Of a DNA stretch of 64,000 nucleotides, positions 19,368-28,528 are shown piece by piece. The notes under the pieces were generated by a model. It did no database searches. It was not told where the DNA came from and was given only the letters and a program-made list of their open reading frames with translations. The DNA is from Candidatus Latescibacterota bacterium (lineage in GTDB: Bacteria > Latescibacterota > UBA2968 > UBA8231). Position 1 is the stretch's first letter; each line of letters begins with the position of its first letter. Both the position numbers and the translations under genes were made by a program. The stretch covers positions 3,232,001 through 3,296,000 of the forward strand of contig OZ253462.1 of NCBI GenBank assembly GCA_965261395.1. The letters run 5' to 3'.

Positions 19368-20363
19368 ATGACCTCTTTCCCCCGCACCGCAAACGTATGT
19401 CTAGAGTTTCTGCACCAGAAACTCACCTCGCACGCAACCCCCTTGCTCATCGCTGCCCTCAGTATCCTGCTGCCGCAGATGGTATCGGCAGGCGCTTGGA
19501 CGCTTGGAAAGGGCCACGTATGGAGCATGGTCACCTACCTGTCGCAATCGACCGATCAGCACTATGATGCGGATGGAAACGCGGTTGAAATACCCGCCGA
19601 CGCCCGCTACCAATCGCAGCAGGTCTATTTCAACGTGTACTACGGCCTGACGGACCAAATCGATCTTGGCCTCCAGGTTCCCTATATCAGCAATAAGTTT
19701 GTCGATAAAGATGAGAGTAATGAGGTCGCGACTCCGCCGCCTGCTCTTGAGCCGGAGTCGGGTATCGGCGATCTGCGTGGCTTCGCCAAGATCAACCTCT
19801 TGCAACAAGCGGGTCTTGTCGGCACCCTAAAACTTGGCTTCAAGCTTCCCGTCGGCGACTATCGGCCCGTGCCCGAGGCCCTTTCCATAACCGGCGGCCA
19901 ATGGGATTTTGACGTTGTCGCGCAACTTGGCCGCTCCTTTTGGCCCGTCCCGATGTACGCCAATGTCGATCTGGGGTATCGCCTGCGCGGAGAATACACG
20001 GATCCCGCCGCCGGTGAGCCCGACGTCGTTGATCGCAGCTACACCCCCGGCGCGGAATTAGTTTTTAACGCCGAGGCAGGCTATAGCCCGATGGACAAAC
20101 TACTCGTCGCCCTCAAGTATGAAGGCGTAGTAGGAGCGGAGTACGACGCCATAAGCAATCCAGGGACCCCAGAAAGGATTAGCCAAAGCGTCACCTATTT
20201 GGTGCCGACGGTCTTAGTTGGCGTCCATCCCAACGTGAGTCTCGAAGCCTCGGCGCGCATGACGGTCAGCGGCAGCCGGTATTTCGCTGGCCCGACCTAT
20301 GCGGTAGGGCTTTCTTGTACGGCCGCTCTGATCGAGAAGTTGGTTCGTCAAGGGACGCCTTAG
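19368..20363 (+). CDS. Secreted protein, probable outer-membrane beta-barrel
   Basis: Signal peptide ending VSA-GAWT, YGLTD, SGIGD, alternating hydrophobic strands. The start codon is uncertain. Confidence 0.6.
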   Translation: MTSFPRTANVCLEFLHQKLTSHATPLLIAALSILLPQMVSAGAWTLGKGHVWSMVTYLSQSTDQHYDADGNAVEIPADARYQSQQVYFNVYYGLTDQIDLGLQVPYISNKFVDKDESNEVATPPPALEPESGIGDLRGFAKINLLQQAGLVGTLKLGFKLPVGDYRPVPEALSITGGQWDFDVVAQLGRSFWPVPMYANVDLGYRLRGEYTDPAAGEPDVVDRSYTPGAELVFNAEAGYSPMDKLLVALKYEGVVGAEYDAISNPGTPERISQSVTYLVPTVLVGVHPNVSLEASARMTVSGSRYFAGPTYAVGLSCTAALIEKLVRQGTP

Positions 20364-20387
20364 TCTTTATTATGGAGTAGAACAAGC

Positions 20388-20428
20388 AGGGGAAGGGGCT
20401 TTTGGGTTCCTTCCCCTATTTTATTTTA
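20388..20428 (+). terminator. Rho-independent terminator
   Basis: AGGGGAAGG...CCTTCCCCT stem followed by ATTTTATTTT. Confidence 0.7.
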
Positions 20429-20466
20429 TGCGGTAGGGAGATCTACCCATACGAGGAGAAATCGAC

Positions 20467-21258
20467 ATGAGCACGCCGGACATTACCTTGGCCTCGGGCC
20501 ACGCTATTCCGCAATTGGGTTTGGGCACTTGGAGGTTGCGCGGCCAACAGTGCAAAGACGTGGTCAAAGAGGCCCTCGAACTGGGCTATACGCATTTGGA
20601 TTCGGCCTGGATGTACGAGAATCAGGACGCCATCGGCCAAGTCCTCAAGGAAGTTGGGGCCGACCGCGATCGGCTCTTCATCACCTCCAAGATCTGGCAT
20701 TCGCACCTGGAGTACGAGGCGACCCTGGAGCAGATAGAGGAGATTCTGCGCGATCTGCAGACCGAATACGTCGATCTCCTGCTCATCCACAGCCCCGGTC
20801 AGGGCGTGCCGGTGGAGCGCACTTTGGCTGCGTTTGAAAAAATCTACGAGGCCGGCCAAGCCAAGAGCATTGGCATCAGCAATTTTAGCATTGAGCAGAC
20901 CGATCGAGCTAGGGCTGCTACCAGCTTGCCGATCTGCACCAATCAGGTGGAGTACCACCTGCGCCACAACCGCGAAAGGCTGCGGCGTCATTGCCACACC
21001 CACAACGTAGTGCTGACCGCGCACCGTCCGCTGGCCCAGGGCGATCTAGCCCGAGACGAAGTCCTAAAACAGGTGGCTGCCGAGCACGGCAAGACTCAGG
21101 CTCAAGTGGCCTTGAAGTGGCTTTTGCAAAAGGATATGATCGTCATCCCCAAGGCCAGCTCAACGGCCCATTTGCGCGACAATCTGGATTTGTTCGACTG
21201 GCAGCTAGGGGACGAGGAAATGGCGCGTCTCGAGGGGGTGGGAGTCGATCCCGATTAG
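20467..21258 (+). CDS. Aldo/keto reductase (2,5-diketogluconate reductase-like)
   Basis: PQLGLGTW, LDSAWMY, FITSKIW, LLIHSP, IGISNF, NQVEYH, IPKAS. Confidence 0.92.
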   Translation: MSTPDITLASGHAIPQLGLGTWRLRGQQCKDVVKEALELGYTHLDSAWMYENQDAIGQVLKEVGADRDRLFITSKIWHSHLEYEATLEQIEEILRDLQTEYVDLLLIHSPGQGVPVERTLAAFEKIYEAGQAKSIGISNFSIEQTDRARAATSLPICTNQVEYHLRHNRERLRRHCHTHNVVLTAHRPLAQGDLARDEVLKQVAAEHGKTQAQVALKWLLQKDMIVIPKASSTAHLRDNLDLFDWQLGDEEMARLEGVGVDPD

Positions 21259-21275
21259 ATCTTGCAGCGGTTGGT

Positions 21276-23183
21276 TCAATAGTAGTAGAACGCATAGACC
21301 AGCGCGGCTCCACCGACGCCGACGCAGGTACCCAAGATCAGGCCGATGAAAAAGGGCAGCAGGGTGCGGTAGAGCCGGATGCCGCCGTAGCGCAGCGCCA
21401 GGAGCTTGATCAGCCAGGCCAAGAAAATCCCGAACCAGTCGATTGAGACGGTGTTGGTCAGGGCGATGCCCAGCCCCACCGGGTGCAGGGGCCAGCCGGC
21501 GAAGCGGTACTGAGCCAGCGAGAGCAGCCCGGCGAGGCCCGCGCCAATGGCGAGGAACACGGCCACTAGCGGCTCGGCGGGATTGGGATTGTTGATCGAG
21601 TTGGCGACCCAGGACCAATGGTATTGCGGCGAGATGACGAAGTACCAGCGATAGCCGTGGATCAGTCCGTGGCGGTAGCCCAGCCATATATAGCAGACCA
21701 TGGTGGTTATGAGGCCGACGATCATGGCGGCGGACAAAAAGAACACCAGCTTGCGCCCGCTGATCTTGAGCCGGGCTGGCTCGCAGACCTTGAAGGCGTG
21801 GGCGAGGGTACCCATCAGAAAGAGCTGCAAATCGGCCGTCCAGACCATGCTCAGCCCCATCGCGCTCAGCCCTTGGGCACCAAAAGGGGCGGTGCCCACG
21901 AGATTGGTCAAGATCGGCGGCACGGAGACCGGAGCGCGCAGACGGCCAATCCCGGTCTGGGACAACAGGCGGGCAATGCCAAAGAAAATCACCAGTGCGA
22001 CCAGCAAAAAGACGATGCTCCAGACCAAACTCAGGCCGCTGGCCCAGAGGAAGCCGCTCATGTACGTCAGCCCGACCAGTCCGAGCAGAGCGGCGGTGCG
22101 CGGCGAGATCGGGTTAGTGCGGTCTGGGGCACCGCCGATGATCAGCCGCCACTGGCGACGGAGGAAGTGGCGCGACATCCACAGCGAAATCCCGACGATG
22201 CACGCGAGCGAGCCAATCTGCTGATGGGCTAGCAGCACGTTGGGTGGTGCGTGGGGCTGGGCCGGCAGCGATAAGGCAATGCCTAACCAGTTGAGCAGGG
22301 CGCCTTCGGCGGCGATGAGTAGGTGAAAAAACCAGACGCTGAACAGCACGTTGAGGCCAACCAGATAGCTCAAGCCCACGACCAGCAGGTCGGTGTTAAG
22401 CCCGTAACTAAGTCCGAATTGACGGATCTCGATGCGGCCGCCGGGGATGCCGAAGCCGTGGATAATCTCGATGTCTAATACTTGATCGAGCATGTTGACG
22501 GTTGGCAGCACCCAGGCGATGAGAAATCCCAGCCACAACAGCTTGCTCTTGAGAATGGACGCGGTGGGGTTTTCCAAGCTCTCGAGGAGCATGTTGGGGA
22601 CGGCGGCGAGGGGATACACCAAGCGCTCTTGACGCGACCACTGGTGGTGGACGAGGCCAATCAGCGCGATGCTGACGAAGAAGAAGGCCAGCATGAAGAG
22701 GCCCCACCACAACAGCGGCCCGGCCCACAAGGCCCAAGGCACAGGCGCGGAGGCATCCGCTCCTTCAAAAAGCTGACGGATCGCTTCGAGGTCGCGGGGG
22801 ACGGCCCAGTGGGGGATGTGCGGCCAGAGCAGGTCGGACCAGTTGTTTTCTGGGGTGGCGTAGTAAAAGACGCCGGCGATTAAAGGGATGAAGTAGCCGC
22901 CAAAGCCCATGGAGGGCAGCACCACGGCGACCATGAGCGCGGCATAGACTAAAGCGAAATTGGCTGGCGAGAGGCGCAAGAGCGGGTGCAGCAGGCGCAG
23001 CGCGAGGGCGACGACCACGAGCCAGAAGATCAGGAAGATGACGCCGATGGTGTTGAAGTGATCGGTCAGCCCTGTGTAGTTGCCATAGAGAACGTAGGTC
23101 CGCACACTGATAAAAGTCATGCAGACGGTAAAGACTAGGACTAGGACGAAGGAGAAACAGGTGCCGAGGAAGGACGAGCGCAT
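21276..23183 (-). CDS. DUF6785/DUF6784-like polytopic membrane protein, paralog of 12902-14845
   Basis: Shares YYATPENNWS, QW...ERLVYP, WPLHPVG and LRYGG..LYR..LPFFIGLILG with the first copy. An alternative start is at 23219. Confidence 0.75.
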   Translation of the reverse strand: MRSSFLGTCFSFVLVLVFTVCMTFISVRTYVLYGNYTGLTDHFNTIGVIFLIFWLVVVALALRLLHPLLRLSPANFALVYAALMVAVVLPSMGFGGYFIPLIAGVFYYATPENNWSDLLWPHIPHWAVPRDLEAIRQLFEGADASAPVPWALWAGPLLWWGLFMLAFFFVSIALIGLVHHQWSRQERLVYPLAAVPNMLLESLENPTASILKSKLLWLGFLIAWVLPTVNMLDQVLDIEIIHGFGIPGGRIEIRQFGLSYGLNTDLLVVGLSYLVGLNVLFSVWFFHLLIAAEGALLNWLGIALSLPAQPHAPPNVLLAHQQIGSLACIVGISLWMSRHFLRRQWRLIIGGAPDRTNPISPRTAALLGLVGLTYMSGFLWASGLSLVWSIVFLLVALVIFFGIARLLSQTGIGRLRAPVSVPPILTNLVGTAPFGAQGLSAMGLSMVWTADLQLFLMGTLAHAFKVCEPARLKISGRKLVFFLSAAMIVGLITTMVCYIWLGYRHGLIHGYRWYFVISPQYHWSWVANSINNPNPAEPLVAVFLAIGAGLAGLLSLAQYRFAGWPLHPVGLGIALTNTVSIDWFGIFLAWLIKLLALRYGGIRLYRTLLPFFIGLILGTCVGVGGAALVYAFYYY

Positions 23184-23237
23184 AGTATTCTGTTGGTTAG
23201 TGGGCACTAACGATACCATTCAGCAGATAGATACGCA

Positions 23238-25043
23238 ATGATCGCTGGGTTACAGGCCGGGCGCTTGGGCTGGCTCGTTTTCGCCCTCGCCCTCGCGCTG
23301 CGAGTCGCCTATATCCTCGAAGCAGATGCGAGTCCGCTTTTTGAGCATCCGGCGGTCGATGCTAAGACCTACACCCACCATGCCCAGCGCTTGGCTGCGG
23401 GCAACTGGTTGGGCGTCGGCGAGGGGCCGTTTTGGCAGCCGCCGCTCTACCCGTACTTCCTCGGGGCGGTGAAGGTTCTTTTTCCAGAGTCGTTTTTTTA
23501 CGCTGTGCGCTTTGTGCAGGCTCTGCTAGGGGCGCTGGTCTGTGCGATGAGCTGGTGGATCGGGCGCACTTTGTTCAATCCGGCGGTGGGGTTGCTGGCG
23601 GGGATTGGCGCGGCGCTATGCGGGCCGCTGATCTTTTTCGACGGCGAGCTGTTGCCGGCCTCGCTGGCCGCCTGCGTCGATCTGCTGGCCCTAGTGGTGC
23701 TTTTGCGCGTCTGGCGTGGCCCGAGCCGTTGGGGCTTTTTGGGAGCTGGGGCGGCCTTTGGCGTCGGTGCGTTGGCCGTGCCGACGGTGCTGACCTTTGC
23801 GGTCGCCGTGCCCATCGTCCTCTTGTGGCGTGCTCCTTGCCGGCAGGGCTTGATCTGGACCGGTGCGTTTGCGCTAGGGGTGATCTTGGCCGTCACGCCG
23901 GTGGCTTGGCGCAACTGGGCCATCGGCGGCGACGGGGTGGGGATTTCCTACAATGCGGGGATTAACCTGTACATCGGTAACAATCCCGACTATGCAGAGA
24001 CCGTGGCCATCCGTCCGGGGTGGGAGTGGGACGATTTAGTCACTCAACCGGCGCGGGCGGGGATGGAGCGGCCTTCGGCTAAGTCGGCGTATTTTGCCGA
24101 GCGGGCTTGGGGCTACATCAAGGGCGACCCGACTGGGTGGCTGGGATTGATGGGGCACAAGCTGGGGGCGTTTTGGCACGGCGACGAGCGGGGGCGCAAC
24201 CAGCCGATTTACTTCTGGCGCACCTATTCAAATGTGCTGTCGGCGAGCCTGTGGAAAGCAGGCATTGCCTTTCCCTTTGGCTTAGTGGCCCCGCTGGCGC
24301 TGTGGGGGATGTTGCTGAGTCTGCGGCGAATTGGGCCGACGTGGCCGCTGCTGTACGCGCTGAGCTATTGCTTGGGGGTGGTCGCGTTTTTTGTGGCGGC
24401 GCGCTACCGGGTGCCGGTGCTGCCGGTGCTCCTAGTTTTTGCCGCCTATGGGCTGTGGGCGCTGTGGGATTGGGTGCGGGCGGGACGTTGGCGGAGTCTG
24501 GGGCTGGGGTTGGCCGCCTGCTTGGCCTTTGCGTTGGCGGCCAATAGCCACCTAGCGCCGATGGATATGGAGGGGGATGCGGCCATCCACTACAACTTGG
24601 GTAACGCGTATGCCGAGGCCGGCGACAAAAAGCGGGCACTGGCGGCGTTTGAGCGGGCGGTGGCTGAGGATCCCGAGTACTGGCAGGCGTGGTTGAATCT
24701 GGGTGGGGTCAAGGCGGCGCTGGGCGATCTCATAGGCGGTGAAGAAATTTTTGCGCGGGTGGCGCAAAAAGCCCCGCGGCAAGTCGAGCCGTGGATGAAC
24801 TTGGCGCACGTGCGGATTATGCAGCGAGACCTAGAGGGGGCCTTTAGCAGCTACGAGTCCGCGCTCGCGGCTAATCCCAAGTTGCTACCAGCCTACGTGG
24901 AGATGATCCGCCTCTACGGGCAGATGGGCGATCTAGCCCGGGCGGCGCACATCCTCCAGCGAGCGGTCGATCAGTTGCCCGCCGAGAGCGAGCGCTTGCG
25001 TCAGTTCTACGAAGAGATACAGATGCGGGCGTTGGGCCGCTAA
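23238..25043 (+). CDS. GT-C (ArnT/PMT-like) membrane glycosyltransferase with C-terminal TPRs
   Basis: DAKTY loop, PPLYPYFLG, many TM helices, GINLYIGNNP, RYRVP, then TPRs (HYNLGNAY, AWLNLG). Confidence 0.8.
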   Translation: MIAGLQAGRLGWLVFALALALRVAYILEADASPLFEHPAVDAKTYTHHAQRLAAGNWLGVGEGPFWQPPLYPYFLGAVKVLFPESFFYAVRFVQALLGALVCAMSWWIGRTLFNPAVGLLAGIGAALCGPLIFFDGELLPASLAACVDLLALVVLLRVWRGPSRWGFLGAGAAFGVGALAVPTVLTFAVAVPIVLLWRAPCRQGLIWTGAFALGVILAVTPVAWRNWAIGGDGVGISYNAGINLYIGNNPDYAETVAIRPGWEWDDLVTQPARAGMERPSAKSAYFAERAWGYIKGDPTGWLGLMGHKLGAFWHGDERGRNQPIYFWRTYSNVLSASLWKAGIAFPFGLVAPLALWGMLLSLRRIGPTWPLLYALSYCLGVVAFFVAARYRVPVLPVLLVFAAYGLWALWDWVRAGRWRSLGLGLAACLAFALAANSHLAPMDMEGDAAIHYNLGNAYAEAGDKKRALAAFERAVAEDPEYWQAWLNLGGVKAALGDLIGGEEIFARVAQKAPRQVEPWMNLAHVRIMQRDLEGAFSSYESALAANPKLLPAYVEMIRLYGQMGDLARAAHILQRAVDQLPAESERLRQFYEEIQMRALGR

Positions 25044-25052
25044 TGGACAAAA

Positions 25053-26732
25053 TTAGGGATCCGGCTGGACGACCCTGAGCACTTGGTTGGCGGCGACCTT
25101 TTCTATGGTCTGATGCGTCCCGTCCGGCCAGCGGATTTCCACTTGGGCGCTCGTGGCCGCGCCCAGCCCGAAGTGCAAGCGCGGGTCGTGGCTGGCCAGA
25201 TAGCTGCCGCCCGATTGCCGCTCCTGCACTTGGCGCACCCCGTCGGCTACAACTTCTACCCGCGTTCCTAAGCCGTCGGGGTGGCTCTTTCCCACCAGTA
25301 GAATTTGCAAATAGTGCCGGGCATTGCCGCCGTCGTTGCGCAACAGCCGTGGCTGGGCCGCTACCGTGGTCACTAGGAGGTCGAGGTCGCCGTCGTCGTC
25401 GTAGTCGGCGACCGCGGTGGCGCGCCCGGCATTGGCCCTTTGGAAATCCGCTCCCAATGCGGCCGAAACGTCGGCAAAGCGGCGGCCGGCGTCGTTGCGG
25501 AACATCTGGTTGGGCTGCCGATAGGTCTGGCTCGAATCCACTTCCGCAATGCGGTCGATGACGTGGCCGTTGGCGGCAAAGAGGTCGAGGTCGCCGTCGT
25601 TGTCGTAGTCGAAAAACTTGGTGCCAAAGCCGAGGAGCCGGTACGAGGGATCGGCCAGTCCTAGGCGCTGGGTGGCGACGGCGAATTGGCCTTGGCCGTC
25701 GTTGCGGTAGAGGGCGTTGGTCTCAAAAGCGAAGTTGGTGACGAAGAGGTCGGCATCGCCATCGCGGTCGTAGTCGCCAAAATCGACGCCCATGCCCGCG
25801 TCGGCGTGCCCGTGCTCGTTGTAGCGGGTGCCGGCAACCAAGCCGACTTCGGCGAAGGTGCTGTGCTGGTTGGCGTAGAGGAAGTTCATGGTGCCGTCGT
25901 TAGCCACGTAGATGTCAGTGTCGCCGTCGCGGTCGTAGTCGGCCAGCGCGACGCCCAGCCCCTTGCCCTTGAGTGCAATGCCGGTCTCCTCGGTGACGTC
26001 GGCGAAGGCGTTGCCGTCGTTGCGGTAGAGGAGGTCGCCGGTGGGATCGTACACGCTAGGCTCGCAGTACGCGCGGATTTGCCCCTGTTGGCAGATGGCG
26101 TCGTCGTCGAGGGCGTAGCGCACGTAGTTGGCGACGAAGAGATCGAGGTCGCCGTCGAGGTCGTAGTCGAGGAAGCCGGCACTGGTACCCCAGCGCGGAT
26201 CTGCTAGGCCGGCCGATGTTTTGGCAAAGATGCCGTGGTCGTTGCGGTAGAGGGCGTTGGGTCCGTAATTGGCGACGAACAGGTCGGAGTCGCCGTCGGC
26301 ATCGTAGTCTGCGGCGGCAACGCCAAAGCCGTAGCCGGGGTCGGCGCTGCCGCTGTGGGCGGTGACGTCGGTGAAGGTGCCCGCGCCTGCGTTGCGATAG
26401 AGGCGGTTGATCGGCGGTGGGTCTGGGGGATGACCGGTTAGGTAGGTGCCGTTGGCGAGGTAGAGGTCGAGGCGGTCGTCGCCGTCGTAGTCGAGGAAGG
26501 CGGCACCAGCACCAAAGGTTTCGACATAGTAGTATTCGCCGGAAAAGCCGTTGTAGTGGACGAAATCGATGCCAGCGGCGTCCCCGGCGTCGGCGAAATG
26601 CACTGGTGGTGCTGGGGGGTCTTGGGGAGTGCAGGCGCAGAGGGCGCTGGCGAGGGCAAGGCCCCAGATCTGCACTTGAAATCGGATACGCGAACGTGCA
26701 GACTGCGCGACCTCTGTTATTTTTAAGCACAT
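25053..26732 (-). CDS. CRTAC1-family FG-GAP/ASPIC-UnbV protein (probable lipoprotein)
   Basis: LCAC lipobox-like motif, DYDxDGDLD repeats, LHFGLG...IRWPDG. The start codon is uncertain. Confidence 0.9.
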   Translation of the reverse strand: MCLKITEVAQSARSRIRFQVQIWGLALASALCACTPQDPPAPPVHFADAGDAAGIDFVHYNGFSGEYYYVETFGAGAAFLDYDGDDRLDLYLANGTYLTGHPPDPPPINRLYRNAGAGTFTDVTAHSGSADPGYGFGVAAADYDADGDSDLFVANYGPNALYRNDHGIFAKTSAGLADPRWGTSAGFLDYDLDGDLDLFVANYVRYALDDDAICQQGQIRAYCEPSVYDPTGDLLYRNDGNAFADVTEETGIALKGKGLGVALADYDRDGDTDIYVANDGTMNFLYANQHSTFAEVGLVAGTRYNEHGHADAGMGVDFGDYDRDGDADLFVTNFAFETNALYRNDGQGQFAVATQRLGLADPSYRLLGFGTKFFDYDNDGDLDLFAANGHVIDRIAEVDSSQTYRQPNQMFRNDAGRRFADVSAALGADFQRANAGRATAVADYDDDGDLDLLVTTVAAQPRLLRNDGGNARHYLQILLVGKSHPDGLGTRVEVVADGVRQVQERQSGGSYLASHDPRLHFGLGAATSAQVEIRWPDGTHQTIEKVAANQVLRVVQPDP

Positions 26733-26763
26733 GCCTATTAATCACTAAACAGGAGAATGGACG

Positions 26764-26955
26764 ATGCCATTTATCAACGTGAAGATGCTCGCGGGGCGTT
26801 CCGCCGAGCAGAAGAGGGCCTTAGTCGAAGCTCTGACCCAGGCCATGGTGGATACCTGCAACGCGCCCCGAGAGGGGACGACGGTAGTGCTCGAAGAATG
26901 CGAGCGCGAGCACTGGGCCGTTGGTGGGGTGCTGGTGGCGGACCGCCCACAATAA
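26764..26955 (+). CDS. 4-oxalocrotonate tautomerase family protein
   Basis: Catalytic Pro1 (MPFI), GRSAEQKR, WAVGG; 63 aa; AGGAG RBS. Confidence 0.9.
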   Translation: MPFINVKMLAGRSAEQKRALVEALTQAMVDTCNAPREGTTVVLEECEREHWAVGGVLVADRPQ

Positions 26956-26971
26956 GGTGGAAAAGGCCAAG

Positions 26972-28513
26972 TCACAGCACGTGGGCCAAAGCTACGGCGA
27001 TGAGCAGGCCGAAGGAGATCCAGCCTAGCAGGGCCTCGACGACAGCGAGGAGTTTGAGCTTGCCCGTCGCGTCCCAGGCTTGGGAGTTGACGTGGATGAA
27101 GGTATAGAGGCTGAAGACGATGCAGTCGGCGAGGGTGGGCTGGTCTGCGCCGGAGGCGGAGCGCATGGAGCCGGAAGCTGTGCGGTACGCCAAGCCGCAG
27201 AGGAGGATAATGGCGAGCATGAAGGCGATTATTCGCTGGGGGGCCGCGCCGTAATCCGCACTCAGCCGCCACAGTTCTAGGCCCCAGCGCGCTGGCTCGT
27301 TATAGGCGCGTGCAAGGCGTTGGTGATCCATGCGTTCGGCGTGGCAGGCTGCGGCGTCGCCGTTCAAGCCTTGGGCTAGGAATTGGTGGTACAGGGCGGC
27401 GTAGGTTGGGTCGAGGGGTGCAGCGTGGGTTGAGTCGGCTGCGGCGAGATGGCCTGCTAGCTGGGACCAGCTCACTTGGATGCGGCCGAAGCGCGGTTGG
27501 TGCAAGTAGAGGCGACTGCCCGTAGCGAAGGTCGAATCCGTTCCGGCTGGCCGCAGGTCAATCAGGGCGAAGGCGGCGCGGCTCAGGTCGAGGGAGCGGT
27601 TGAAGAAAGCACCGAGGCGGATGACGCGGCCCTCGCTCTCGCTGAAGTCGGCCTCTTGGCGGAAATAAGCGCCATCAAAGTGGGCTTGGCCAAAGGTCGC
27701 ACTGCGAAAGCGCGCCGCCCGCGCGAAGGTGAAGTCGGCAAAGGATGCCTCGCCGCTGAAACGCGCTCGGTCGAAGGCGACCTCTCCGTCGGCGCGTCCG
27801 CTGGCGAAGGACACCTCCTCGGCGAAACGCGCGTCCCAAAACAGCGCCTGGTCGGCGAAGCGGACTCCAGCGAAAGATAGAGGTTGTGCCCAAGCGGTCT
27901 CCTTGAAGGAGGCAATTCCGGCGAAGGCGGCGTCGGTGAAGGTGGCTGGCGCGGCAAAGGCGGCCTGCTCGAAATAGGCGGCGTTGTCGAATTGGGTTTG
28001 GGCGAAGTTGGAGTGCTGGCCCGCAAAGCGCGCGCCGACGAACGAGGCGACTCCGGCGAAGCGGCTTGCGGTTAGGTCGGCATCGCCGAGGAAGTGGGTC
28101 TTTTGAAAAGTTGCGTGCTTGGCCAGATGGCTTGCGCGCAGGGCGAAGGAGGCGGTAAAACGCGCTTCGGCAAAGGAGAGGCCACCGGCGAAGTGGGCGC
28201 GTTCAAAGCGCACCGGGGCGAGGAACGCGACTTGGCTGAAGGATACTTCGTCGAGAAAGTACACTTCCTCCAAGTCGAGGGGGACGCGCAGGGTGTCGAG
28301 TCCTGAAGTGGGCGCAAACAGGCGTCCGTGGAAGGCGACCTGCCGGTGGACGACGGCTGGGCCGTTTGCCGGGCGTTGTAGCTGGGCGATTAGCGTCTCA
28401 ATGGGGAGCAAGGGAAGGGTTTGGCCGGCGATGGTGGTATCGGCCGCGGGCGTCTGAGCGCTCAAGGTGGTGCTCAAGAAGAGCAAGGCAGCAAATAAGA
28501 GTTTTGGTAGCAT
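26972..28513 (-). CDS. Pentapeptide-repeat protein with C-terminal 2TM ion-channel-like domain
   Basis: Signal peptide, long (A/F)xFxx repeats, then DYG-TM1-FSLYTF-TM2 (VEALLGW). Confidence 0.75.
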   Translation of the reverse strand: MLPKLLFAALLFLSTTLSAQTPAADTTIAGQTLPLLPIETLIAQLQRPANGPAVVHRQVAFHGRLFAPTSGLDTLRVPLDLEEVYFLDEVSFSQVAFLAPVRFERAHFAGGLSFAEARFTASFALRASHLAKHATFQKTHFLGDADLTASRFAGVASFVGARFAGQHSNFAQTQFDNAAYFEQAAFAAPATFTDAAFAGIASFKETAWAQPLSFAGVRFADQALFWDARFAEEVSFASGRADGEVAFDRARFSGEASFADFTFARAARFRSATFGQAHFDGAYFRQEADFSESEGRVIRLGAFFNRSLDLSRAAFALIDLRPAGTDSTFATGSRLYLHQPRFGRIQVSWSQLAGHLAAADSTHAAPLDPTYAALYHQFLAQGLNGDAAACHAERMDHQRLARAYNEPARWGLELWRLSADYGAAPQRIIAFMLAIILLCGLAYRTASGSMRSASGADQPTLADCIVFSLYTFIHVNSQAWDATGKLKLLAVVEALLGWISFGLLIAVALAHVL

Positions 28514-28528
28514 ACGGGCTGTTGAGTT

